The position numbers were made by a program, and so were the translations under genes. The notes beneath the pieces were generated by a model, which was not told the origin of the DNA, ran no database searches, and saw nothing but the letters and a program-made list of their open reading frames with translations. This document shows positions 19,503 through 29,311 of a DNA stretch of 64,000 nt, in pieces. How positions within the stretch are numbered: position 1 is the first letter of the stretch; the number at the start of each line of letters is the position of its first letter. The stretch spans positions 32,001-96,000 of the forward strand of contig JBHLPH010000003.1 in the NCBI GenBank assembly GCA_048939625.1, read 5' to 3'. The stretch comes from Promethearchaeota archaeon. Lineage in GTDB: Archaea; Asgardarchaeota; Hermodarchaeia; Hermodarchaeales; Hermodarchaeaceae.

Positions 19503-20087
19503 TTGACAATAGATAAGTTACCTTTGAAAGTTGGGACAAGGCTATTAGGAATCGCCGAAAGTGGGGTAACTGGTGCTAGTAGTTCTATTCTATGTGGTGT
19601 TGTAATAAGAAGCGATTTAGTTATTGATGGAGTAATCTGGGACCATGTCACGATTCGTGGCATGGATGCAACCCAAACAATTCTTCGGATGCTTGAAAGG
19701 CTGAATCGCTTAGATATTCGTGGCATTATGCTTCATGGTACCGTTATTGCAGGTTACAATATTGTTGATATGACGCTATTATTCGAAGAATTGTCACTTC
19801 CTATAATCAGCGTTACGAAACAACCTCAAGAGAATTTAAAACAGCATCTCCTATCGACATTTCCAGAAGATTGGAGCAATCGATGGGTTGTGGCACAAAG
19901 AAACGGAGACATTTACCCAGTAGTCATCACTGATACCACAAAGATGTTTGTGCAATGCAAAGGATGCGAGTTGGAAGACGCAAAGAACATAATTAAGCAA
20001 TTTTCTCGATCAACTGGATTACCAGAACCGATTCGGGTAGCGCGTCTACTCGCTCGTGCTTTTGTTGAACAGACCAGTCAGCCTTAG
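19503..20087 (+). CDS. DUF99 / endonuclease dU family protein
   Basis: LGIAES, GVVIRSDLVIDG, GMDAT, GTVIAGYNIVD, PEPIRVARL. Confidence 0.85.
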   Translation: MTIDKLPLKVGTRLLGIAESGVTGASSSILCGVVIRSDLVIDGVIWDHVTIRGMDATQTILRMLERLNRLDIRGIMLHGTVIAGYNIVDMTLLFEELSLPIISVTKQPQENLKQHLLSTFPEDWSNRWVVAQRNGDIYPVVITDTTKMFVQCKGCELEDAKNIIKQFSRSTGLPEPIRVARLLARAFVEQTSQP

Positions 20088-20108
20088 ATTGAAAATATTT
20101 TGAACCAT

Positions 20109-21206
20109 TCAGGTATCTGGCTGATATTCACCGAGGAGCAGTTCAACGATTTCAAGATACCCTTCTGCTGGAAGAAGTGTGAAATAACTATGGGCATTAT
20201 ACCGTGATTGGAGCAGAAGATCTTGAAAGAGTAACAGATTGAGAGAACGGGAGAACTGGTTAACTGAAGAGTGAAAATTAATTTCTTCTGCGACTTGCAC
20301 AAATTGCCTGAAAAGGTTAGTTTTCGTTACATAGATGTGTCCAGGATTTGTGACAAAGTAATGTCCAATCGCTTGTAGAAGAAGAACAACTGTGGCATCT
20401 AATTCTGTAAGACTTGAAAGATGTCCGCTCCAAAAATCATAGTGAAGTGTTCGGGAATTGAGACAAGATTTTCGAATTAAATCAGCAGAAATATCGGAAG
20501 GTGAATTCACAAGGGGATGGAGATTTTGGAGCAACTCAACAACCGTAGCGGGTCTTTGGAAGTCTAGAATGCAAATGATGTCGGCTATGAATTCGCTAAT
20601 GTGCGATGGGAGTTGAGTGAGAAAAACCTCGGCGACTCGTTGTTCTACAATGTCTAATAATTCATGGTCGCTAAATGGTTCAAGTTCTATTGCGATATCG
20701 AGATCTTGTGATGTGCGTTGATCTATTTGTCGAGGAAAATAACGTGGTGCTGTTGCCATTGATGAAACTCCGTTTTCTTTGCACAGTGCTAAAAATTTCT
20801 TATATACGTCACTAGTCAGGGAGTCGACATCATCGAAGATGAAAACAAGAGGTACCTCAGATTTCCGAACGAGTCGCTTAATAAGCGTCCATTGCTCAGG
20901 AAGCAAATCCGGATAATTTGAACTCGGAGCCAAGGCATGAAGTGTATCTGCGATAAGCTCTGTGGAATGTTTGCCATTAAATTGTATTAACGGTCGCCGA
21001 TACATGAAGAGCTCTTGTTTGCCAAAGAACCTTAGAAGAGTTGTTCGACCGACCCCAAAGCTACCGTGGATTAAGATGTTTATTGAACTGTTTGAAGCCT
21101 CATTTGGATCGATTAGATTTGATAATGTCGCCAGTTCTTGCTCTCGGTGTAGAAGCTTTGATGGTAAGTAGTTTGCATTGAATAACGCATCAACTGACGC
21201 TGTCAT
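20109..21206 (-). CDS. Divergent Orc1/Cdc6-like AAA+ protein with degenerate ATPase motifs
   Basis: YLPSKLLHREQEL N-terminus typical of Cdc6; Walker A GSFGVGRT, Walker B FIFDDVD; PFS..EL.DI...R; probable C-terminal winged helix. Confidence 0.75.
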   Translation of the reverse strand: MTASVDALFNANYLPSKLLHREQELATLSNLIDPNEASNSSINILIHGSFGVGRTTLLRFFGKQELFMYRRPLIQFNGKHSTELIADTLHALAPSSNYPDLLPEQWTLIKRLVRKSEVPLVFIFDDVDSLTSDVYKKFLALCKENGVSSMATAPRYFPRQIDQRTSQDLDIAIELEPFSDHELLDIVEQRVAEVFLTQLPSHISEFIADIICILDFQRPATVVELLQNLHPLVNSPSDISADLIRKSCLNSRTLHYDFWSGHLSSLTELDATVVLLLQAIGHYFVTNPGHIYVTKTNLFRQFVQVAEEINFHSSVNQFSRSLNLLLFQDLLLQSRYNAHSYFTLLPAEGYLEIVELLLGEYQPDT

Positions 21207-21424
21207 ACTAACCTAACCGTTTTGCGTTTTCCACAGAACCTATTTAAACTACAATACGGTCAAGCAAACTATGAACATGTGGGGGAGACTGAAAGTAATA
21301 TTCTTGTGACTGAGAGTTTCGGTGCTCGCAACCATGTTGAAATGGCTTTGATGACTAGAGCAACCTTATAATAGTGAAACCACGAAGAAAAGAAAGTAGT
21401 CAGAATTTGAGGATGTCATGGACG

Positions 21425-22117
21425 ATGGCTGAGACTCCGTTTAAAGACCTTCAAGACCTTATGAGACGAATTGAACAATCTACAGGTCTTGAAGCACTTG
21501 CGGTTGTGACCCGTGAAGGTATTCGACTTGCCTGTGCAGTCAGTGGTGATGTTGACTCTGACATTTTTTCGGCAGCAACTGCTACGCTTGTTAACGTGGG
21601 TGAAGAAACGCTCCGACAACTTAGTCAAGGCAGTCTTTCTGAGGTCATTCTAAGAGGTAACAAAGGTTTTACCATCATCATGCGCGGAACACCGGAAACG
21701 CTCCTTGTTGGTGCAAGCCGAGATCAGATTCGCCTCGGATATTACATTGGTCTAATGAAAATCTATGCCACTAAAGTTACTAAAATCATGGAATCACATC
21801 CCCTCGAACCTGACCAACTTCTTGGATTCAGAAAAATGCCTGCCCCAGCTAAACCATCCACAGCTGAAGCAACTACTTTCACTGAACCAACACCTGAACC
21901 CGCCTCCTCAGAACCAACAACAGCCCCAGAAGCAATTATGCCGATGATGGAAGAAGAACCGCAGCCAACTGAGCCCACAATTGCTCCTGTTGAAGAGGAA
22001 GGTCTTGAAACAGTAAGTGTTTCAGAGGCGAGTAGCGAATTAAACGATGTTTCTGTAGACGATAAGGAAGCGATTCTTGCTGCACTTAAGGCATTAGGCT
22101 TCGATGAACCAGAATAG
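21425..22117 (+). CDS. Roadblock/LC7 protein with long Pro/Thr/Glu-rich C-terminal extension
   Basis: LEALAVVTREG, FSAATATL, G.L.EVILRG..G roadblock core; low-complexity linker; terminal EAILAALKALGF helix. Confidence 0.85.
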   Translation: MAETPFKDLQDLMRRIEQSTGLEALAVVTREGIRLACAVSGDVDSDIFSAATATLVNVGEETLRQLSQGSLSEVILRGNKGFTIIMRGTPETLLVGASRDQIRLGYYIGLMKIYATKVTKIMESHPLEPDQLLGFRKMPAPAKPSTAEATTFTEPTPEPASSEPTTAPEAIMPMMEEEPQPTEPTIAPVEEEGLETVSVSEASSELNDVSVDDKEAILAALKALGFDEPE

Positions 22118-22197
22118 CGCTATTACTCCCATTCTTTCATGTAATTAAATCCAATGCGTTCATTTTCTTTAAGTAGATTCGGTTATTTCTGTTGCAA

Positions 22198-22890
22198 TTA
22201 TACAAACAAACCGAGAACTGCAATTGCAACAAAGATGAGGAGAAGTATTACTGCCCCAAAAGCTACAAGGGCTTCCAAAAAAATGCTCATGCCCCATGTA
22301 AATTCAGGTGTCGTGATTCGTTCCCCAAGAACATCACGGAGCATTTTTTCAAACCAAGTGTCCTCATAGACTACATGAGAGGTTTCTTCGAGTGTAAGCA
22401 TAATTCCGAAGAGGTCGGGAATGATTTTGCTTGGATCATGGGCATATTCGTAATCAAGTTCGTATTCTTTTCTTCCATCCACTCGGAAAATGTGAAGATC
22501 GAGATCTTCCATATTAAGGGTTTCAGAGAATTTGATGGGATCCATTACGAGGGCAATTGCTTCTGGGAAAAATGCTTGATATCGCAGCTGGGTCGAGACA
22601 TCGGTTCCGGACATGAACACACCAAGTCCAGGGTGTGTATGATGCCAGCCGATGATTACCTCACCTGTTCCTCTTTCAGCTAGTTCCTCAGCAAGGATGG
22701 CCATGTCTGCATCATTAATGTATACATGGGTTCTTGACCCTCTCTGGCGGGGGAAGGTGGCTCGTGTGACAATGATTTTATCTCTTGTAATCTTGCCAAT
22801 GAGAAAGCCGCCAATTTCAGTACGATCAGCACGGGCGGCTTTGCTCAACATTAGTGAGAGGATTCCAGGGTAAATCTCGATTTTACGCAC
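22198..22890 (-). CDS. MPN+/JAMM metalloprotease (Rpn11/AMSH-like) with C-terminal TM anchor
   Basis: EIGGFLIG...GWHHTHPGLGVFMSGTD (intact JAMM E-HxH-S-D), ALVMDP; hydrophobic C-terminal helix. Confidence 0.9.
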   Translation of the reverse strand: MRKIEIYPGILSLMLSKAARADRTEIGGFLIGKITRDKIIVTRATFPRQRGSRTHVYINDADMAILAEELAERGTGEVIIGWHHTHPGLGVFMSGTDVSTQLRYQAFFPEAIALVMDPIKFSETLNMEDLDLHIFRVDGRKEYELDYEYAHDPSKIIPDLFGIMLTLEETSHVVYEDTWFEKMLRDVLGERITTPEFTWGMSIFLEALVAFGAVILLLIFVAIAVLGLFV

Positions 22891-22970
22891 TCTCTGAACC
22901 CCTACTACCTAAGAGTAAGACAAGACTAAAAAGCCTTACTTGTAGTTCTCAGCTAAAGTTATATTGAATC

Positions 22971-25556
22971 GTGTTGTCCATGCGGCCTTTGAAACCTCCT
23001 TTTAATCTTGCTTTATTTCCAGAGAAAAAAAGAGAGTTGGCAGCATTTATTGTAGTTTTTCGTCCTAAACGGCCGCACATACCAATATTACGAGCACGAG
23101 TTCAATTTCAAATGAGGGAGGGTCGACTTCGCCCAGAAAAACTTTGGCTAATTCAAAAGGGCGGGATTAGACCGATTGACCCACGAACCTTTGTCAATTG
23201 GGTACGAAATGCCGAGTATATTGCGATTCCACGACAACCACGGTTTCCTTTCCTTCCAGAACTTAAAGCGATGCTCCGCGATTTCAGCGTAAAAGACCCA
23301 GTAATTGTTCGAGCATGCAACTCTTGCATTGCGGACGGTCGATTGACGATGTTACGCAAACAGCAAGTCTACCAGCTTGAAGGACAACCAGTATGTTACA
23401 AGTGTGCGTCACGAGAATTAACTAACCGTCTCCAAGCCATGGATGTGGAAGTGTCGAAAAGAGCATACAGCAGCCTTGAAACTATGTTACAACAATTGCG
23501 GTCGGTAGAAAAGGTTGCGTCTTTTCTTTCATCACAATTTCGACCAAGTAAAAATCCTGCAATGACCCTTTATGATCAGGTTCAAGCTGTCAAAGAACCT
23601 GAGGAAAAGGTTCCTCTAGCATCTCTTTCCATTCCCAAAAAGCTGATTGATGTATTTGAACAATCAGGAGTGGAGTTTCTTCTTCCAATTCAAGTAAAAG
23701 CACTTGATTCAGGATTATTAGAAGGTCAGTCAATACTAGCTGTTTCTGATACTACAAGTGGAAAATCCTTGGTTGGTGAACTTGCAGGGCTCAAAGCTGC
23801 GATGCAGGGAAAAGTCTACATTTATCTTTCTCCTTTGGTTGCCTTAGCAAACCAAAAATATCATGAGTATAGGGATAAATTCGAACAACTTGGATTACGT
23901 GTGGCAATTCGTGTAGGTATGAGTGGAATCGAGGTAGGAGAGGAAGCTCTTGTTATCGTCGATGACGATGTTTCAGATGCAGATATCATAGTTGCAAGTT
24001 ATGAAGGATTTGACTATTTGCTAAGGTCAGGTAAAGCTGACGCATTTGGGGATGTAGGTGTCGTCGTTATTGATGAAATCCAAATGGTGGCTGATGAGGA
24101 TCGAGGTCCAGAATTAGATGGCTTGATAACTCGTCTACGTACTTTGTTTCCTAAAGCCCAAGTGGTTGCCCTATCAGCAACTGTGGGTAATCCAACAGAG
24201 CTAGCTCATGATTTAGATTTGGTTCCTGTCATTCTTCGTGGACGCCCGGTACCTTTACAACGACATCTGATAATGGTGCTCACTGAGTCTGATAAACTCA
24301 GAATAATTGCTGATCTAGCTAAAGCAGATTTTAGGCAAAAAAGTTCATACGGGTTTCATGGGCAAACAATCGTCTTCACAAATTCGCGACGAAGTACTCA
24401 TTCGATTGCGTCTGAGTTGAAAAAACAGCGGATTCCCTCTCGCGCCTATCACGCAGGGATGACTTATCCGCAACGTCATCAAGTAGAAACAGCATTTGCT
24501 TCAGGGAAAATTGCAGTCGTAGTAACAACAGCAGCTTTAGCTGCTGGAGTAGATTTTCCCGCAAGTACAGTGATTTTTCAAAGTTTAATGATGGGAACTA
24601 AGACCTTGAGTGTTGGTGAATTCACGCAAATGCTTGGTCGCGCCGGACGATTGGGAAAACATGATGTTGGAAAAGCTGTTTTATTGGCTGAGATTGGTCG
24701 ACGATACTTCGGAGATGAACCGAAAACCGAAGAGGAAGTTGCTTTAGATTTATTAAATAATCCCATTGAGGATGTCCACCCTGAAGCAACATTTGAACAA
24801 TCCGTCGATCAATTACTAGCAACTTTATCATGTTATGACTTAATTTCGCGTACTCAACTTGAGGATGCATATCAAAGGCTTCTCTCACGAACCATTACAT
24901 TCCAAGAGGGGCTTAGATTTTTACGGCGTCATAATCTAGCTACTCAACAAGGGCAGGATATCACGCCCACAGAATTGGGTCGCGCCACAGCTATTTCGTA
25001 TTTCTCCGCCTCCAATGTAGCGGCAATCCAAGAATATCGAAAGGACACAGCAGACGATTTATCAGTAAAAATAGAGCCCCTGAGGAACGTCTATTTGTCA
25101 CCGAGACTGCAGAGTGAGATTGAGCGTTCATTGCGTACTCGTTTCGCCACTCGTTTATTTGCTGGTGCTGTATTAGATTTAATGAGCACAAAACGAGGCA
25201 GTCGGTTAAAGCGGTTGCCACGATGGGCATTGCGAATGTTTAGTAAATGGACAGTTGATTTCTTCAATTGCCGCTGTAATGAGAATCCCTTCTGTGATTG
25301 TGGCCAGTGGAATGTATCGAAGGCTGTTTTAGATTTACGTTATCGCGGGCTAACACCATCACAAATCAATTCTAGGTTTCTTGAAGAGTATGAGCTTTTC
25401 ATCTATCCTGGTGATATCTTTGGATTCCTTGACAACCAAGTCCATATCCTTCAGGGTATTAACCGCGTGGCAGAGGTCATCGGTCGTTATGAGCTAGCGG
25501 AAAAAGCAAAGAAGGCTATTGAAGCGATTGAAAATCCATTCACGAGCGAAGGCTAG
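22971..25556 (+). CDS. Archaea-specific Ski2-like DEAD/DEAH helicase (DUF5814-type)
   Basis: TTSGKS, PLVALANQKY, DEIQ, SATVGNP, QMLGRAGR; CxxC pairs and C-terminal CRC..NPFCDC. Confidence 0.9.
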   Translation: MLSMRPLKPPFNLALFPEKKRELAAFIVVFRPKRPHIPILRARVQFQMREGRLRPEKLWLIQKGGIRPIDPRTFVNWVRNAEYIAIPRQPRFPFLPELKAMLRDFSVKDPVIVRACNSCIADGRLTMLRKQQVYQLEGQPVCYKCASRELTNRLQAMDVEVSKRAYSSLETMLQQLRSVEKVASFLSSQFRPSKNPAMTLYDQVQAVKEPEEKVPLASLSIPKKLIDVFEQSGVEFLLPIQVKALDSGLLEGQSILAVSDTTSGKSLVGELAGLKAAMQGKVYIYLSPLVALANQKYHEYRDKFEQLGLRVAIRVGMSGIEVGEEALVIVDDDVSDADIIVASYEGFDYLLRSGKADAFGDVGVVVIDEIQMVADEDRGPELDGLITRLRTLFPKAQVVALSATVGNPTELAHDLDLVPVILRGRPVPLQRHLIMVLTESDKLRIIADLAKADFRQKSSYGFHGQTIVFTNSRRSTHSIASELKKQRIPSRAYHAGMTYPQRHQVETAFASGKIAVVVTTAALAAGVDFPASTVIFQSLMMGTKTLSVGEFTQMLGRAGRLGKHDVGKAVLLAEIGRRYFGDEPKTEEEVALDLLNNPIEDVHPEATFEQSVDQLLATLSCYDLISRTQLEDAYQRLLSRTITFQEGLRFLRRHNLATQQGQDITPTELGRATAISYFSASNVAAIQEYRKDTADDLSVKIEPLRNVYLSPRLQSEIERSLRTRFATRLFAGAVLDLMSTKRGSRLKRLPRWALRMFSKWTVDFFNCRCNENPFCDCGQWNVSKAVLDLRYRGLTPSQINSRFLEEYELFIYPGDIFGFLDNQVHILQGINRVAEVIGRYELAEKAKKAIEAIENPFTSEG

Positions 25557-26329
25557 TCATCATAAACGAAGTACTTGCGGTTGCCAAGTAAATACGTGAG
25601 AATGGAATTAAACTCTGTTTCAACAACTTGGCTTGAATTTGAAGCGGCAACAGGATCAGTTTGCATTTCAATAATAATCCATTCATCAAACTGGATAGGT
25701 TTGAACGCTTCGAACATCCGTTGTTCAATACGGAACGTCCATATTCGATTAGGATCACTAAAGCGATTTCGCTCCAATGCCTCTTTAAAGGGTGTATACA
25801 ACCGATTCTTTTGCCCACCAAGTAAGAATCGTGCTTTCTTTAGTCCCGATACAAGCATGATATTCTTAGGAACAATATGTTGTTCTGCAATTAGGGTCCG
25901 AGGAATTCCGCCTTCTGTGGTTATCGTGAGGATTTGACCCGAATCTTCAACAGACCCCTTTTTGATGGCGAGTGTACGAATTATCTCCTGAACTTGTTCA
26001 ACCGATGCCTGCTCAAGGGGATCGAGGATTTCAGGGTTGAGAATGTCCAGAACGGGAATCGGTTCACGTGGTCGCATTTTCGTGGGATCGAAGATAACAG
26101 CCCCAACCAGATATTCTACGTCAACTGGTTCTCCTTTAATCAGAACCTGGCCTTTGACGACGCCGGGACCAATGAAGGCAGATCGTACAATTTCTCCTTG
26201 GAGGAAACTGAATAATTGTCTTGAGGCGATAAGCAGTTCTCCACGAAGCGTTTTTTTCTCACCAAAAATAGTAAAATCAGGAATGACAAAATCAAGGACC
26301 CAGAGAAGGGGCGGATTCTGTTCAGTCAT
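25553..26329 (-). CDS. Hypothetical protein
   Basis: 258-aa ORF, co-oriented with the upstream hypothetical gene. Confidence 0.65.
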   Translation of the reverse strand: MTEQNPPLLWVLDFVIPDFTIFGEKKTLRGELLIASRQLFSFLQGEIVRSAFIGPGVVKGQVLIKGEPVDVEYLVGAVIFDPTKMRPREPIPVLDILNPEILDPLEQASVEQVQEIIRTLAIKKGSVEDSGQILTITTEGGIPRTLIAEQHIVPKNIMLVSGLKKARFLLGGQKNRLYTPFKEALERNRFSDPNRIWTFRIEQRMFEAFKPIQFDEWIIIEMQTDPVAASNSSQVVETEFNSILTYLLGNRKYFVYDD

Positions 26330-26349
26330 TATATTTCAACTCAATTGAT

Positions 26350-27567
26350 TTAGGTTTCACTGCGGTTTTGTTTCGATCGGAGTTGAGGAATTTTAGCTAA
26401 AAGGTTTTCAAGAACATAATTCTCAATCTGAGCCCGATAGTCCTCACCAGCTAAGTCTTGGATTTCACGAAGTTCCTTTTTAACAACTGATTTCTTTGAT
26501 CGGGTCCAAGAAAACCGACTATCCAAGTCAAAGATAATGGTTGAACCGATTTTATCGAGGGGAGTCCCTTGTTCGATTAGATTATCTGTTACGGTAGTTA
26601 TTTTTTCGCGGAGAAATGGAGCGCGTTCATCAGGAGGTTTCATGGATGCAAGCCATACATCACGCTCTAGGTAATCCAAGGGAGTCTGTAAGGGTGGCCC
26701 CATTACGGGCCGGGCTGGAAAAGGAGCAGATACGAAGCCAAACTTTGGTTTTTCGTCAATAGATTCAGGCGGTGGCGGTGACACCTCTATGAGAATTTCA
26801 CCAGCTGTATTTGGAGACACAGTTTCCAGTGGACCTTGAACCTCTTTTGTTAACTTCTGAATCTCTCCAAGGATTTTTACCATCAATCGTGAAGCATCTT
26901 CTTCATCATCTTCTTGACTAAGAAATTGCTCATATCGTCGTAATTTAATGAGTAAGGAGGCTCTCGCTCCGTTAATTGCATCATCAATATCAGAATCCGT
27001 AGACCCGATGAGGCCCCCAGCAACCGCACGAACTGCAAGGGCGATGTTTGCCCCTTCATGCTCATTTAACCATCGTTCAATAAGTGGTTGAAAATAGCAC
27101 TCGTTGATTTTTCTTCGCTGTGCTAAAACGGCGATTACTTGTTCGTTGGCAGGCTCAATTTCATCAGCAATTGTACGGTCAAGATTCACTAGGTTTCTAA
27201 GATCTGCTAACAATACTTTGCCAAGTTGACCATATAGATATTCTATCCACTTTCCTTCGGTTAGAGCCACTTCTCTTTGATAAGTATCAATCTCAGGGAC
27301 CGGACTACCCTGTTTTGCTCGTCGATCAAACTCTTGCATTAGAATGTCACAGGAGGGCTTAGGATCAGTTATTGCGCCATCTAGCATAACTCGATAAGCC
27401 ACTCGGGCTACCTCTAGGTGAACATTGCATTCATCAGCTATGGCAATTGCTGCATCATCCGGGACACGAGACACCTTCTCATCAAGCGTTCCGTAGGTTG
27501 ATTCAAATTCTTCTGCTATCCGTCGACTTAAACGCCGTATTTCATCTTCATCAACAAAGTGACTCAT
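26350..27567 (-). CDS. Hypothetical, largely alpha-helical protein
   Basis: 405-aa ORF with GAGTGA/GAGG-like sequence upstream; no family recognised. Confidence 0.7.
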   Translation of the reverse strand: MSHFVDEDEIRRLSRRIAEEFESTYGTLDEKVSRVPDDAAIAIADECNVHLEVARVAYRVMLDGAITDPKPSCDILMQEFDRRAKQGSPVPEIDTYQREVALTEGKWIEYLYGQLGKVLLADLRNLVNLDRTIADEIEPANEQVIAVLAQRRKINECYFQPLIERWLNEHEGANIALAVRAVAGGLIGSTDSDIDDAINGARASLLIKLRRYEQFLSQEDDEEDASRLMVKILGEIQKLTKEVQGPLETVSPNTAGEILIEVSPPPPESIDEKPKFGFVSAPFPARPVMGPPLQTPLDYLERDVWLASMKPPDERAPFLREKITTVTDNLIEQGTPLDKIGSTIIFDLDSRFSWTRSKKSVVKKELREIQDLAGEDYRAQIENYVLENLLAKIPQLRSKQNRSET

Positions 27568-27766
27568 GCCTTCTCACTCCTCGGTATCACTAAGGCAGTT
27601 TTTCCGCTCGGTAGCCACGAGGATATAACAAAGTAGTTTTAGAATGGCTTAAGTGTTATGGCAAAGGTTGAGAAGACGATTATTCGCCTGACGAATATTT
27701 GATAGTGTAAATAGGAAATTCTTAAAGCAGGAATTTATCCAAGCCGGCGATGCTAAGGTGTAGTTA

Positions 27767-28984
27767 ATGTCGCGAAATATCGCTGTGACAAAAGCATTTA
27801 CGCTTCCTATAGAGCAACAATCACTAGAAATTGTTGAAAGAAAAGGAAAAGGTCACCCTGACACGATTCTCGATGCAGTTGTTGAGAATGTTGGAGTGAA
27901 ACTCTGTAATTATTATATTGATAATTTTGGTGGAATTCTCCATCATAACGTTGACAAAGGTTCGATAGCAGGCGGACGCGCCCATGTAGAATTTGGTGGA
28001 GGAGAACTCCTTGAACCAATTTACATTTGTGTTGTTGGTCGAGCTACCACCGAGATATTCAAAGACCAAAAATTAGCACGAATTCCTCTTGGTACCCTTA
28101 CTCTTGAATCGATGAAAAAAACATTGGAAAGCACTCTACGATTCCTAGATCCAACACAACAGGTTTTAATGGATTATAAGATTAAACCAGGTTCAGTTGA
28201 TCTTACACATGTCTTTGACCACACCGTCGACGATATTCCTCGTGCTAATGATACTAGCTTTGGTGTGGCTTTTGCCCCCTTTTCAGAAACAGAGAAAATT
28301 GTCTATCAGACGGAACAACTTCTCAACTCAGAAAAATTCAAGAAAAAACATCCTGAAGTAGGCGAAGATATCAAAGTCATGGGACTACGCACGGATAATG
28401 ACATCAAACTAACAGTTGCTGCAGCTATGATTGCACAACTAGTTCCTGATGCCGACCATTATAATGGTGTACTTGATGACGTCAGAGATGCGGTGCTTGA
28501 TCAGGCAAAGAAAATTACTGATCGAGACGTGAGTATTACCATTAACTCAGCGGATGACCCGAAACGGGGTGTCTATTACCTCACATTAACGGGAACATCT
28601 GCGGAAATGGGAGATGATGCCGGTGTTGGTCGAGGAAATCGGGCTAACGGATTGATTACTCCTTGCCGACCAATGAGCCTTGAGGCTACAGCAGGAAAGA
28701 ACCCAAAGAACCATGTCGGCAAAATCTATAATGTGTTGGCTCAACGCATTGCTGATCATGTAATCGCTGAGGAACCGAAAGTCTTGGAAATTGCTGTGAA
28801 AATCTTGACTCGAATCGGATATCCAATCGATCAACCATTAATTGCTTATACAGAAATCATTCCTGACAGAAATGCTTCATGGAGCGCCGTGGAAAAGAGC
28901 GTTGCTTCCATTGTTGATGCAGAGCTTGAAGATGTGTGTTCCGTTCAACAGCTTATCCTTGATGGTAAAGCACAGCTATTCTAG
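27767..28984 (+). CDS. mat: Archaeal S-adenosylmethionine synthetase
   Basis: [63 protein letters not shown]. Confidence 0.97.
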   Translation: MSRNIAVTKAFTLPIEQQSLEIVERKGKGHPDTILDAVVENVGVKLCNYYIDNFGGILHHNVDKGSIAGGRAHVEFGGGELLEPIYICVVGRATTEIFKDQKLARIPLGTLTLESMKKTLESTLRFLDPTQQVLMDYKIKPGSVDLTHVFDHTVDDIPRANDTSFGVAFAPFSETEKIVYQTEQLLNSEKFKKKHPEVGEDIKVMGLRTDNDIKLTVAAAMIAQLVPDADHYNGVLDDVRDAVLDQAKKITDRDVSITINSADDPKRGVYYLTLTGTSAEMGDDAGVGRGNRANGLITPCRPMSLEATAGKNPKNHVGKIYNVLAQRIADHVIAEEPKVLEIAVKILTRIGYPIDQPLIAYTEIIPDRNASWSAVEKSVASIVDAELEDVCSVQQLILDGKAQLF

Positions 28985-29012
28985 CAAAAATACCAATATT
29001 CTGTAAAAGTTC

Positions 29013-29228
29013 TTACAGTGCAAGGCTAATCAAAATTAGTTGTATTCCGAATCCTACAGATAAGGCAATTATGAGAATAGCAACAATCATTTTTGCCCAT
29101 GGAGGCTGGCGAGCTTTTTCAACGATGTATATTAGCCACACGGCAAGAAGAATACCAAAAGTAATGAGAAGACCGCCATACACAGGATACCAAGGAAGGA
29201 ATAACGACCATTGCATGGTGAATAACAC
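29013..29228 (-). CDS. Small 2-TM membrane protein
   Basis: Two hydrophobic helices; fills the intergenic space. Confidence 0.55.
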   Translation of the reverse strand: MLFTMQWSLFLPWYPVYGGLLITFGILLAVWLIYIVEKARQPPWAKMIVAILIIALSVGFGIQLILISLAL

Positions 29229-29311
29229 CTGTAAATTTCAGGGGAGAGTGAACTGCTTCACCTTTTTAATTATCTTTTGGTCTAGGGGATTTCGCTTATT
29301 GAAGCAAGGGC

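Noticed and set aside
21226-21240. TTTTCCACAGAACC as a possible mini-ORB / replication origin beside the Cdc6-like gene
   Set aside because: Single weak match with no G-string, no repeated ORBs and no clear AT-rich unwinding element.
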